Under the pieces are notes generated by a model that saw only the letters and a program-made list of their open reading frames with translations, had not been told where the DNA came from and searched no databases. The translations under genes were made by a program, and so were the position numbers. Below are positions 49,301 through 57,918 of a DNA stretch of 64,000 nucleotides, piece after piece. Source of the stretch: an uncultured delta proteobacterium. Its GTDB lineage: Bacteria > Myxococcota_A > Polyangia > Polyangiales > Polyangiaceae. Numbering within the stretch: the first letter of the stretch is position 1; every line of letters starts with the position of its first letter. The stretch lies in assembly GCA_963716725.1 (NCBI GenBank), contig CAVQUB010000007.1, forward strand, positions 128,001 to 192,000. The letters are read 5' to 3'.

Positions 49301-50810
49301 CCCCGGCCTCGCCCTCTCAGTACGCACGCCCGGCGGGCAAGAGAGTGTCTTCGACCTGAAGGGCGGCGTCACGGATCTTGGCAGGGGCTCCAACGTCGAT
49401 GCTTCGCTCACGCTTCGCCCGATGAACCTCGAGAAGCTCTCGGGAGCGTTCCCTCGCGTGCAGAACGTGAAGGGCAAGCTGGCCGGAGGCGTCCAGGTCA
49501 CCGGACCCGTCGCTGCGCTGCGCTATCGTGGCGGCTTCGATCTCGATGGCGGCGAGGTGCAAATCCGAGGCTTTGCGCCCATCACAGAGGTGAAGGTGTC
49601 GCTGGCCGTCGACAACGACGAGTTGCGGTTGACGCGCGGGTCGGCGCGGGTCGGCAATGGATCGATCGGCATCAGCGGCAGCGCGCCCTTCAAGGGTTTT
49701 CAGCTCGGCAGCGCCGCGGGCATCATTCGCGCGCGTGACATCGCGCTCCCCCTCGCCGAGGGCGTGAAGGGCAGTGTGGACGGCGATCTGGCCGTGAAGT
49801 GGGATCCTGCGCCCGACGGCGCCACCGAGCGCACGCTCCCGCGGCTGACCGGCAACGTTCTGCTCAAGTCCTTCGAGTATACGCGGCCGGTGGTCATGAC
49901 CGCCGACATCGCCACCTTGGCTCAGCGCGGAAAGCGCACGACCTTCGAAGCCTACGATCCTGCTGACGACTTCCTGGACTTCGACGTCACGCTCAGGAGT
50001 GATCGCGCGCTCAAGCTCCGCAACAACCTGATTGAAGCCGAACTCCTGCTCGAGCCCGAGGGGCTCACTCTGGCTGGCACGAACCAGCGCTTCGGCATGC
50101 GCGGCGAGGTGAAGATCAAGCCGGGTGGGACCATCAAGCTCCGGCGCAACGAGTTCGAAATCCGCCAAGGCGTCGTGCGCTTCGACGACGTGACGCGGAT
50201 CGCGCCCCAGGTGGACGTCACGGCGGTCACCGAATACCGGCGATACAGCGAGAAGGGAGCACAGGCGGCGCCGAGCGCCGGCTCCGGGCAGTCGGGCACG
50301 GCCGCGCAGGGCGGACGCTGGCGGATCGCGATGCGCGCCCACGGCGACGCCGACAAGCTGGCCATCGATCTGACCAGCGATCCCGCCTTGGCGCAGGACG
50401 ACATCTTCTTGTTGCTCACCGTGGGCCTGACCCGCGCCGAGCTCGACCAGGCTCAGAGCGCGAGCGTGGGCGAGTCAGTGGCCCTCGAGGCCCTCGGTAC
50501 CCTGAGCGGCGCCGATCGCGCGGTGACGGAGGCCTTGCCGGTGATCGACGAGTTCCGTTTCGGCAGCGCCTACTCGTCGCGCACGGGTCGCACCGAGCCC
50601 ACGGTCACCATCGGCAAGCGCTTGGCGGAGCGCATTCGGGCCAACGTGACCAGCGGTCTGGCCGAGTCCCGGGAGATCCGCTCCAACCTGGAGTGGCGCC
50701 TCTCGAATCGCGTGAGCCTCGAAGGCTCGTACGACAACGTGAACGACATCTCGAGCTCGTCGCTTGGAAACCTGGGCGCGGACATCCGCTGGCGGCTCGA
50801 GTTCGAGTGA
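46392..50810 (+). CDS. tamB: Translocation and assembly module TamB-like protein
   Basis: N-terminal anchor, long AsmA-like beta repeats, DUF490-type end (LTSDPAL.Q.DI..LL, GADIRWRLEFE). Confidence 0.85.
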   Translation: MVSHRRPIDFGRLLARLLCALFALIGAVPLALATAVRSGPVLDWVSRETSRVLAQELGVTASYRVEMQLVPLRVALHDLTLPSSDGGAPFLVAESASVRPRFFSLLAGRFDVGEVEIQRPKARVVLRGGKLANLAYRLPETRAPSKKVTRAPFGSLGITEAEIDLDVDGVRVTTGPMDVDVFADPGPVFEIGIRAAETLITTPRQVKLSAVDARPNRRGELDRVSQREFAFDAFDEDVVCQLDARLRVEGDKLLVRRLSLIGVADQDPGENTRPACVAEDDPSAARVALRLSQLRIEPRAGLMPLVDGHVVVRAPASVANRYVNMGPLAGWVAFSGDLRFDGRTKLPEVRGRLRGGDLQIDVYRLAKKLDATVALENDSVEISRFETHFSDGVVVISDAKIDPFEPGAPLTAARVDGNGVSFSKMMDDLGVTPDTIVAWDLDKTRVTKIKGTLSPLRIEGDLAAETSDFEVFNRAYHDPARKHMIGVRSASIRGRFGVRPDALDFFDTRVTFGKSVINAHLVSIGFHNQIELDITKGVKIDLADVSPLVDIPWAGSAELSVRMSGKMGHPVLTGDLAISKFEFGGFPVGDLKSGKVRFQPLTVDFFDLHGRKGKSDFVIPTARLDFESGSTVIADATLQAQRFDVRDFFAMFSFDKDPRFDPIFGAGKIDARVHYDLGGRKDRCGGGVLSVAGSVDMKNLDLFEEKYDTGRADFDFRWLDRDASYLGIEMDIPSITLSKGTGTLLGSLSMRQGGDVRGNLVGTSLPLSEIDSMGVLGAMVDARGSGVAEVSGTVDALAFSSHVRISPARLGSQTLPASDLSVTLKPVKRSPKVIGRSRCGGAITAPFDRSEWESDAIAGVFHLRGKLFGGQIGFDDLRLTRQRKKTVRGELAFADLDLGAFADLAPAAGGAKTLGKLSGKLAVDELPLDSPSRAAGSLTIERLSLSRGGLSADVLPGARPVALAGGKLTFPGLALSVRTPGGQESVFDLKGGVTDLGRGSNVDASLTLRPMNLEKLSGAFPRVQNVKGKLAGGVQVTGPVAALRYRGGFDLDGGEVQIRGFAPITEVKVSLAVDNDELRLTRGSARVGNGSIGISGSAPFKGFQLGSAAGIIRARDIALPLAEGVKGSVDGDLAVKWDPAPDGATERTLPRLTGNVLLKSFEYTRPVVMTADIATLAQRGKRTTFEAYDPADDFLDFDVTLRSDRALKLRNNLIEAELLLEPEGLTLAGTNQRFGMRGEVKIKPGGTIKLRRNEFEIRQGVVRFDDVTRIAPQVDVTAVTEYRRYSEKGAQAAPSAGSGQSGTAAQGGRWRIAMRAHGDADKLAIDLTSDPALAQDDIFLLLTVGLTRAELDQAQSASVGESVALEALGTLSGADRAVTEALPVIDEFRFGSAYSSRTGRTEPTVTIGKRLAERIRANVTSGLAESREIRSNLEWRLSNRVSLEGSYDNVNDISSSSLGNLGADIRWRLEFE

Positions 50811-50870
50811 CGGCTGCGCGCGGTCGCCCAGCGTGCTAGCAAGCAAACATCAGCAGCGGGAGAGCAAGCG

Positions 50871-51791
50871 ATGCGAAAAGGATCTTGGTTCTTGGCGTTG
50901 GGCGTGGGCTGGATCGCGGCTGCGGGCTGCGGGGGTTCGACCGGCGACGGCTCGAGTTCGGCGACGCCGGTCCCTGCGGACCAATTCGTTTCAGCATTCG
51001 TCAACGCGGTCTGCGACAACCTGGGCCCGTGCTGCCAGAAGTCAGGGCTGAAGTACGCCGCCGCGGGCTGCAAGGCCGTGGGAATGGAGGAGTTTGCGTC
51101 GGACTTCAAGCCGAACCTGCCGAACACCCTCTACGACGCGGCGGCGGCAGGCAAATGCGTCGCGGCAGTGAAGAACGCCGCCACCACCTGCAGTGACTTC
51201 GACGGCATCGACGAGCTCTGCAGCCGCATCCTGAAGGGCACGCTCCAAGAGGGCGCGACCTGCACCGAGGACGAAGAGTGTGCTGCTCCGGCCAACGGCC
51301 GCGCGGAGTGCGACTACGCCCTCGACGCCCCGAACGGCAAGTGCGTCGTGCAAGCGCGCGGCAAGCTCGGCGATGGCTGCACCGATACCTGCACCGAGAG
51401 CGCGTCGTCGATATCGTGCTCGGGCGGTTCGAGCGGCGCGCCGTCGTCGGGCAACGCCACTTGTTACACCAACGATGGCGTCTACTGCGACGGGACTTGC
51501 AAGCCCGTGATCCCCCTGGGCGGTGCCTGCGAGTACGAGGGCTGCGTGACCGGAGCGTTCTGCGACCAGGGCAAGTGCGCGGCGATGCCCGGTGCCGGTA
51601 GCCCCTGCGCTAACGGCTACGACTGCGCCGAAGGTCACTACTGCGACGAGAAGCAGATCTGTCAAAAGCAGAAGGCCTTGGGCCAGCCCTGCGCGTCGTC
51701 CGACGAATGTTCGACGAGCGAGTGCGACGGAACCACCTGCGTGGTGGACTCGCCGGTCTCGACCGAGATCTGCGACGGCACCAAGTCCTGA
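50871..51791 (+). CDS. Cys-rich lipoprotein
   Basis: AAGC lipobox; many G..C....C..G..C repeats. Confidence 0.82.
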   Translation: MRKGSWFLALGVGWIAAAGCGGSTGDGSSSATPVPADQFVSAFVNAVCDNLGPCCQKSGLKYAAAGCKAVGMEEFASDFKPNLPNTLYDAAAAGKCVAAVKNAATTCSDFDGIDELCSRILKGTLQEGATCTEDEECAAPANGRAECDYALDAPNGKCVVQARGKLGDGCTDTCTESASSISCSGGSSGAPSSGNATCYTNDGVYCDGTCKPVIPLGGACEYEGCVTGAFCDQGKCAAMPGAGSPCANGYDCAEGHYCDEKQICQKQKALGQPCASSDECSTSECDGTTCVVDSPVSTEICDGTKS

Positions 51792-51836
51792 GCTTCCGGG
51801 TCAGCGTGGGCCGTGAACTTCGGCTAGCATGGCCCG

Positions 51837-53825
51837 ATGGCGCGTCGCTCGGCGATGGTACCCGCGGTGATCGGGCTCGCGGTCGGGCTCACCGGCTGCG
51901 GGGGTGACTCCGAATCGACGGATTCAGCGTCGGTGGTAGTGGTCTACGGCGATCCGGCGAAGACCGAGCTCACGCTCTTCCCGTCGGATCGCTACACGGT
52001 CGACGACGAGGCGACTCCGAGCGGGCTGCGCGTGGACCTCGGCGCCCACAACACCATCGATCAGGTGCTGGCGACGTCCCCGATTTCCCTCGCGCAGCTC
52101 AACGAACTCGACGGGTTTTCCACCACCGGGGGCGTCGGGGTGAGGCTGTCCGGTCCCATCGATCCCCGCGGGCTCGTGCAGATGCCCGAGGCGGATCCAC
52201 CGGTGCTCGACCCTCTGAAGGACGCCAGCGACTACGCCTTGGTGGGCACGCCGATGTTCTTGGTCGAGCTCGAGAGCGGCGTGGCCATCGGCATCGTGCC
52301 GCGCTACTTCGAGCAGCCCAAAGACCTCGATTTCCCCGCGGACGATTTCGCGCTCCTGGCTGAGCCTGCCGTGCCGCTCTTGCCCGGCAAGCGCTACTTG
52401 TTCGCCGTCACCGACGAGCTCCGGGCCAAAGACGGCACGCGCGTCGGTCGCTCGAGCGCCATGAGCCGCGCGCTGGGCAGCTCCGGCGCTGCCTACGACG
52501 TCGACCTGCGGGCGGCCCTCGACCTGGCCGCGCCGGTGGTGGGAACGAGCGCGAAGCACGTGGTTGCCGCCACTCTCTTCACCACGGCCAGCGTGCAAGA
52601 CGGGCTGGTCGCTGCCGCCAAGGCGCGGCGCGCGGCAGCGCCGCCGAAGCAAGTCACGTCGTGGAGCATCGAGACCGCGTCGACGGCGATGGACCAGCGC
52701 GTGCGATTCAAGGCCAGCTTCGAAGCGCCGGAGTTCCGAAAGGCCAAGCCCGACGGCAAGTGGCAGATCGCCGCGTCCGGCGCGCCCGTGGCGCAGAAGA
52801 GCGTGAACTTGGAGGCGTTTCTGTCGTTTTCCAAGTCGACGGAGAGCGGACCGCGTCCGGTGGTGATCTACCAACACGGTCTCGGCGGTGACAAAGACGG
52901 TGGTTGGGGCACCACCGAGCGACTCGCGCCCATCGCTCCGCACGGAGTCGCGGTGCTTGCCATCGACTCCCCGGAGCACGGGTCGCGGGGAAACGGCAGC
53001 GCGTCGGTGGTCTCGAGCGCCTTCACTTTCTTCGGGGTCGAACCAGGATCGCTCGAGTTCGACATCGGCCGCGCGCGGGACAACTTTCGACAGATGGCCA
53101 TCGATCAACTCGAGTTGGTGCGTTTCATCGGCACCTTGGGTTCGCTCGATCTCCTGCCCCTGGACGCGAGCGGCAACCCGGCGCCGGACGGCAAGCCCGA
53201 TCTCGACGTGTCACGCATCCTCTACATCGGGCATTCGTTCGGCAGCGTGCAGGGCGCCAGCGTGTTCGCCCTGGCGCCGGAGATCACGATGGCCACCTGG
53301 AACGTGGGCGGTGCCGGCTTGATGATGCTGCTCCGCGACTCGCCGCTGTTCAGCCTCGGCGTAGTCAAATCTCTGGCGCCGCCGGCCACGCCCTGGGGAG
53401 CCGTGGCGCGCTTCATGGCATTCACGCAGGCTATCGTGGACCCGGGCGATCCGCTGAACTTCGCGCGCCACGCGGCGCAGGCGCCGCTGGACGGCGTGCC
53501 GGGTTGGACGGCCCGCGACGTGCTGATCCAAGAGGTGGTCAACGACTCCATCGTGCCGAACTCGACCAGTGAAGCCTTGGCCCGCGCCGTGGGCGCCGGG
53601 CTCATGCACCGAGTCACGAACGCGTCCGGACTCACGGATCTGGGAGCAACAGCCACCGCGAACGCCAGCGGGGCCACGGCGGTGCTGTGTCAGTTCGACC
53701 AGGTCGGCGGCAAGGCCGCCGAGCACGGCGGGCTGATCTTCACGACCGAGGCCATCGACCAGTACGTCGAGTTCTTCAAGACCGGTCTTTCGAGCAGCCA
53801 CGGGACCGTGAAGTCCCCCTACTGA
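51837..53825 (+). CDS. Lipoprotein alpha/beta hydrolase (extracellular lipase-like)
   Basis: LTGC lipobox; LNELDGFS; YQHGLGG; GHSFG nucleophile. Confidence 0.82.
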   Translation: MARRSAMVPAVIGLAVGLTGCGGDSESTDSASVVVVYGDPAKTELTLFPSDRYTVDDEATPSGLRVDLGAHNTIDQVLATSPISLAQLNELDGFSTTGGVGVRLSGPIDPRGLVQMPEADPPVLDPLKDASDYALVGTPMFLVELESGVAIGIVPRYFEQPKDLDFPADDFALLAEPAVPLLPGKRYLFAVTDELRAKDGTRVGRSSAMSRALGSSGAAYDVDLRAALDLAAPVVGTSAKHVVAATLFTTASVQDGLVAAAKARRAAAPPKQVTSWSIETASTAMDQRVRFKASFEAPEFRKAKPDGKWQIAASGAPVAQKSVNLEAFLSFSKSTESGPRPVVIYQHGLGGDKDGGWGTTERLAPIAPHGVAVLAIDSPEHGSRGNGSASVVSSAFTFFGVEPGSLEFDIGRARDNFRQMAIDQLELVRFIGTLGSLDLLPLDASGNPAPDGKPDLDVSRILYIGHSFGSVQGASVFALAPEITMATWNVGGAGLMMLLRDSPLFSLGVVKSLAPPATPWGAVARFMAFTQAIVDPGDPLNFARHAAQAPLDGVPGWTARDVLIQEVVNDSIVPNSTSEALARAVGAGLMHRVTNASGLTDLGATATANASGATAVLCQFDQVGGKAAEHGGLIFTTEAIDQYVEFFKTGLSSSHGTVKSPY

Positions 53826-53834
53826 GCGGTGCGC

Positions 53835-55433
53835 ATGCCCAAGCGAAGTTTCTGGGGTTGGGGGAACGAAGGCGTGGGGCCCGACCCCGCGATGCTCTCC
53901 GCGGTGGAGGGCGCCCTGCCTTCGCTCTTGGATCTGCCCGCGCTCAGCCCGCGGCCGGCGCCGCGCCTCGAGGACGTCGACCTGCGCGCTCCTCGCGTGC
54001 AACCGAGCCCGGCCATTTTGCGCCTCTTGTCGAATGATCGCTACGACCGCGCCTGCCACTCTTATGGCAAGAGCTACCGGGATCTGGTGCGGGCCTTCGC
54101 GGGACACTTCGACAACCCGCCCGACTTCGTGGCGTACCCGGAGAACGAAGCGGACGTCGCGGCGCTCCTGGATTTCTGCGGCGCCAGCCAGGTCGCCGCG
54201 GTGATCTTCGGGGGCGGCTCCAGCGTCTGCGGCGGCGTCGAGCTCTCGAGCCACCCGCGCTATCGCGGGTCCATCAGCATCGATCTCGGGCGCATGAACC
54301 GCGTGCTCGAGATCGACCACCTGTCGCGGGCAGCGCGCATTCAGGCGGGCATGCTCGGTCCCGATCTCGAAAGCGGCCTGCGCAGCCACGGCCTGACGCT
54401 CCGGCACTACCCCCAGTCATTCGAGTTCTCGACCCTCGGGGGGTGGATCGCCACGCGTTCGGCCGGGCACTTTGCCACAGGGCCGACGCACATCGACGAA
54501 CTGGTCGAGGCGGTCCGGGTGGTCACGCCGAGCGGAGTCATCGAGACGAGACGCTTGCCCGGCGACGGCGCGGGGCCGAGCCCCGAGCGACTGTTCATCG
54601 GCTCCGAGGGCGCCTTCGGTGTCATCACGGAGGCCTGGGTCCGCATCTTCGAACGCCCGCGGTTCCGGGCGAAAGCGAGCGTTCGGTTTCCGGACTTCGC
54701 GAGCGGTCTCCGAGCGGTCCGCGCCCTCGCGCAGTCGGGGCTGACGCCCTCCAACTGCCGGCTACTCGATCCGCTCGAGGCGATGATGAACGGCGCGGCG
54801 GGCGGGGACGCTGCCGTGTTGATGTTGGCATTCGAGTCCGCGGATCACGCCCTTGATGCCTGGATGGCGCGCGCCGCGGAGCTCTGCCGGGATCACGCTG
54901 GATCGGTGCCAGACAAAGCTCTGCACACGCGCCACGAGGACGCATCGACCCGAGACGCCGCGGAAGGCGCCTGGCGTGATGCGTTCTTGCGGGCGCCCTA
55001 CCTGCGCGACGCGCTGGTCGCACGTGGGATCTTCGTCGAAACTTTCGAGACCGCCGTCACCTGGGACAAATTCGACGCGCTGCACGCTCGGGTCGTGCAG
55101 GCTGCGCGGGACGCGGCCGAGACCAAGGCCTTGGTGAGTTGCCGGATCACGCACGCCTACCCCGACGGCGCCGCACCATACTTCACCGTCGTCGCGCCGG
55201 CGCGAGCGGACGCGGAGCTTTCGCAGTGGCTGGCCGTCAAGACCGCGATCACCGACGCCATGCTGGCCGAGGGCGGGACCACCACTCACCACCATGCGGT
55301 GGGGCGGGACTTTCGCCCTTGGTACGAGCAACAAGTTCCGACGCTTCTGCGGTCGAGCCTCGAAGCGGTCAAACGCCAGCTGGATCCGTCGTCGATCTTG
55401 AACCCTGGCGTGTTGCTTCCAGAAGCCGACTGA
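53835..55433 (+). CDS. FAD-linked oxidase, alkyl-dihydroxyacetonephosphate synthase-like
   Basis: FGGGSSV, HYPQSFEFSTLGGWIAT, GSEG.FGVIT, HHHAVG, LNPG. Confidence 0.88.
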   Translation: MPKRSFWGWGNEGVGPDPAMLSAVEGALPSLLDLPALSPRPAPRLEDVDLRAPRVQPSPAILRLLSNDRYDRACHSYGKSYRDLVRAFAGHFDNPPDFVAYPENEADVAALLDFCGASQVAAVIFGGGSSVCGGVELSSHPRYRGSISIDLGRMNRVLEIDHLSRAARIQAGMLGPDLESGLRSHGLTLRHYPQSFEFSTLGGWIATRSAGHFATGPTHIDELVEAVRVVTPSGVIETRRLPGDGAGPSPERLFIGSEGAFGVITEAWVRIFERPRFRAKASVRFPDFASGLRAVRALAQSGLTPSNCRLLDPLEAMMNGAAGGDAAVLMLAFESADHALDAWMARAAELCRDHAGSVPDKALHTRHEDASTRDAAEGAWRDAFLRAPYLRDALVARGIFVETFETAVTWDKFDALHARVVQAARDAAETKALVSCRITHAYPDGAAPYFTVVAPARADAELSQWLAVKTAITDAMLAEGGTTTHHHAVGRDFRPWYEQQVPTLLRSSLEAVKRQLDPSSILNPGVLLPEAD

Positions 55434-55467
55434 CGTTTGTGTCGAGGGGCACTAAGCTCCGGGCGCC

Positions 55468-55830
55468 GTGAAAGTCCGTCTGGTTCGAGAGTACCGTTTT
55501 GAAGCCGCGCACCGCTTGCCCCACGTCCCCGAAGGACACAAGTGCCAGCGACTGCACGGCCACAGCTTCAAGATCGATCTCGCCGTCGCTGGTCCCGTGA
55601 ACGACGTGACCGGGTGGTTCATCGACTTCGGTGATCTCGACGAAATCTGGGCGCCGCTCCACGATACGCTCGATCATCGATACTTGAACGAGATCCCCGG
55701 CCTCGAAAATCCGACCAGCGAAGTCCTGGCGCGCTGGCTGTGGGAGCGCATTCGGGCGCGGTTGCCGGAGCTCGTACGTGTCACCGTCTACGAGACTTGT
55801 GACGCGCGCTGCGAATACGAAGGCGAGTGA
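55468..55830 (+). CDS. queD: 6-carboxy-5,6,7,8-tetrahydropterin synthase
   Basis: FEAAHRLP, C.RLHGHSF, LDHRYLN, ENPTSE, YET. Confidence 0.95.
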   Translation: MKVRLVREYRFEAAHRLPHVPEGHKCQRLHGHSFKIDLAVAGPVNDVTGWFIDFGDLDEIWAPLHDTLDHRYLNEIPGLENPTSEVLARWLWERIRARLPELVRVTVYETCDARCEYEGE

Positions 55831-55833
55831 CCA

Positions 55834-56118
55834 TCAGCCTTCAGGGTCACCTTCGTATCCCCACTCGGGATCGATCCCCGCGAGGTCCGCCAGTCTTGCC
55901 GGATGATAGGGTGGCCGTGGAGTGAAGCCCGTGCTGGGATCACACCCTCGCTCCGCGAGCAATTTGCCGGTCAAGGCCATGCACCACTTGCCCTGGCACC
56001 ACCCCGTGCCGAAGCCGGTGTAGCGCTTCACTGACTCGATGTCCCTGTGTCCGATCGAGATGGCGTGCTCGAGTTCGTGCAAAGTCACGTCTTCGCAGCG
56101 ACATACCAGCGTCTTCAC
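55834..56118 (-). CDS. BFD-like [2Fe-2S]-binding protein
   Basis: VCRCEDVT, KRYT..GTGWCQGKWC, RPP. Confidence 0.88.
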   Translation of the reverse strand: MKTLVCRCEDVTLHELEHAISIGHRDIESVKRYTGFGTGWCQGKWCMALTGKLLAERGCDPSTGFTPRPPYHPARLADLAGIDPEWGYEGDPEG

Positions 56119-56213
56119 GGGTCCCAGGCTAGCCCCGCGTGGGGGTCGCAGCTATGCTTTCCGGGCGCGCACCGCTGAATCTCGATCCGGGCGCACGCTA
56201 CGAAGGAGAACCC

Positions 56214-57155
56214 ATGCGCTCCCGATCGCTCGCGATTTCGCTGTTGGCTTTTGGTGCAATCGCCGTCGCCTGCGGCGGCAGCAACGATGACGCGGGCCTC
56301 TTCGGGGGAACGGGGGGCCAGGCGAACACGGGAGGCAGCGGAAACGCCAGCGGCAGCGGGGGCGCGGTCGGTGGCGCCAGCGGCGCGAACAGCGGGGGCT
56401 CGGGCAACACCGGCGGCGCCGGCGGCAGCGGCAACACCGGCGGCGCCGGCGGCAGCGGCAACACCGGCGGCATCGGCGGCAGCGGCAACACCGGCGGCGC
56501 CGGCGGCAGCGGCAACACCGGCGGCATCGGCGGCAGCGGCAACACCGGCGGCATCGGCGGGTTTCCGACGGGCGGCGGGGGTGGCATCGGCGGATTTCCG
56601 ACGGGCGGCGGGGGTGGCATCGGCGGATTTCCGATGGGCGGCACCGGCGGCATCGGCGGATTTCCGACGGGAGGCATCGGCGGATTTCCGATGGGCGGCA
56701 CCGGCGGCATCGGCGGGTTTCCGACGGGCGGCGGGGGTGGCATCGGCGGATTTCCGACGGGCGGCGGGGGTGGCATCGGTGGCAGCGGCGGCACGACCGG
56801 TGGCGGATCCATCGCCTGCGGCGTTGATAACTGCGACGCGGCGAAGGAATACTGCTGTCAGTATTTCCAGGGCGGAAGCAGCTACAACGCCTCGTGCACC
56901 GCCAGCTCGGCGTCGTGTTACGGCACCGACGTCAAATGTGACGGCCCCGAAGACTGCGGGTCCGGTCAGACCTGTTGCGGCACCCTGGTGCAAGATGGCG
57001 GGACTTCGTATTACACGGACTTCAGCTGCAAGAAGTCGTGCAACTACACTGGTGCGCGGATCATCTGCGGCAATTCCCCTGGAGTCTGTCCGAACGGCAC
57101 CACCTGCAAGGCGAGCTCCATCCTGCCGCAGTACAAATTCTGTTCGTCGAGCTGA
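56214..57155 (+). CDS. Gly-rich lipoprotein with Cys-rich C-terminal domain
   Basis: AAGGAG SD; AVAC lipobox; CDGPEDC..GQTCC. Confidence 0.82.
   Translation: MRSRSLAISLLAFGAIAVACGGSNDDAGLFGGTGGQANTGGSGNASGSGGAVGGASGANSGGSGNTGGAGGSGNTGGAGGSGNTGGIGGSGNTGGAGGSGNTGGIGGSGNTGGIGGFPTGGGGGIGGFPTGGGGGIGGFPMGGTGGIGGFPTGGIGGFPMGGTGGIGGFPTGGGGGIGGFPTGGGGGIGGSGGTTGGGSIACGVDNCDAAKEYCCQYFQGGSSYNASCTASSASCYGTDVKCDGPEDCGSGQTCCGTLVQDGGTSYYTDFSCKKSCNYTGARIICGNSPGVCPNGTTCKASSILPQYKFCSSS
56403..56780 (+). repeat. Intragenic tandem repeats: 27-bp GNTGG(A/I)GGS units, then GGIGGFP(T/M)GG units
   Basis: Read directly in DNA and translation. Confidence 0.88.
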
Positions 57156-57161
57156 GCGCGG

Positions 57162-57836
57162 TCACTCCGCCGTGGCCAGGTCGGCGCACAAGCTAGCGTG
57201 CTCGCCGATCGCGCGTCCGCGCTGGAACCCGATCTCGCAGGCGTAGGGATCTTTCAAGCTCTCGGCGAATCCAACCGGGATCGAACCGTCCCAGGAGCGC
57301 GCTCCATCGACGCGTGCGCGAACCACGCCCTTCGGATCGATAAACCAAGTCTCGGGGTACAACTTGGTTCCGAAGCTGTCTCCCACCACCTTCGCGTCCT
57401 CGTCGATCAAGACCACGAAGGGCGGAGTGTCGGTGCCCAGAACGCTCTTGAGCGTCCCCCGTACGTCCTCGGCGCTGTCGTCGGTCGAGATGGTGACCAG
57501 CGCGATGTCCTGGTGGGTGTTGACGATCTTTCCGAGCTCGGCCAGGGACGGCATCTCTTCGAGGCAGGGGCGGCAGGTCTTCGTCCAGAAATTGAGGATC
57601 ACCACCTTGCCGCGGAAGCTCGACAGGCGAACCTTCTCGCCGGTGAGGGAGGGCAGTTCGAAGTCCGGGGCCAGGCGGTTGCGGCCGGCGTAGCTGGGGC
57701 CGAGGGCGCAGAGTGAGGTGCAGACCCTGCGCGCCTCGCCGTCCCGTGCCGTGCGCGCGAACGAATAAACGCCGAACGCGGCCATCGCCACCACGACGAG
57801 CTGGGCCAGCTGAGCCGGTTTCACCGGGGGCTTCAT
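57162..57836 (-). CDS. TlpA-family thiol:disulfide oxidoreductase
   Basis: APDFEL, LNFWTKTCRPC.EEMP, YPETWFID. Confidence 0.9.
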   Translation of the reverse strand: MKPPVKPAQLAQLVVVAMAAFGVYSFARTARDGEARRVCTSLCALGPSYAGRNRLAPDFELPSLTGEKVRLSSFRGKVVILNFWTKTCRPCLEEMPSLAELGKIVNTHQDIALVTISTDDSAEDVRGTLKSVLGTDTPPFVVLIDEDAKVVGDSFGTKLYPETWFIDPKGVVRARVDGARSWDGSIPVGFAESLKDPYACEIGFQRGRAIGEHASLCADLATAE

Positions 57837-57918
57837 AGTCCAGTGGCCCCCGAGGAGCCATGCCCCCGTCCACCTTGGTGCTGAACCGCATCCCCGACAA
57901 AGGGGGTAGAATCCCCCC

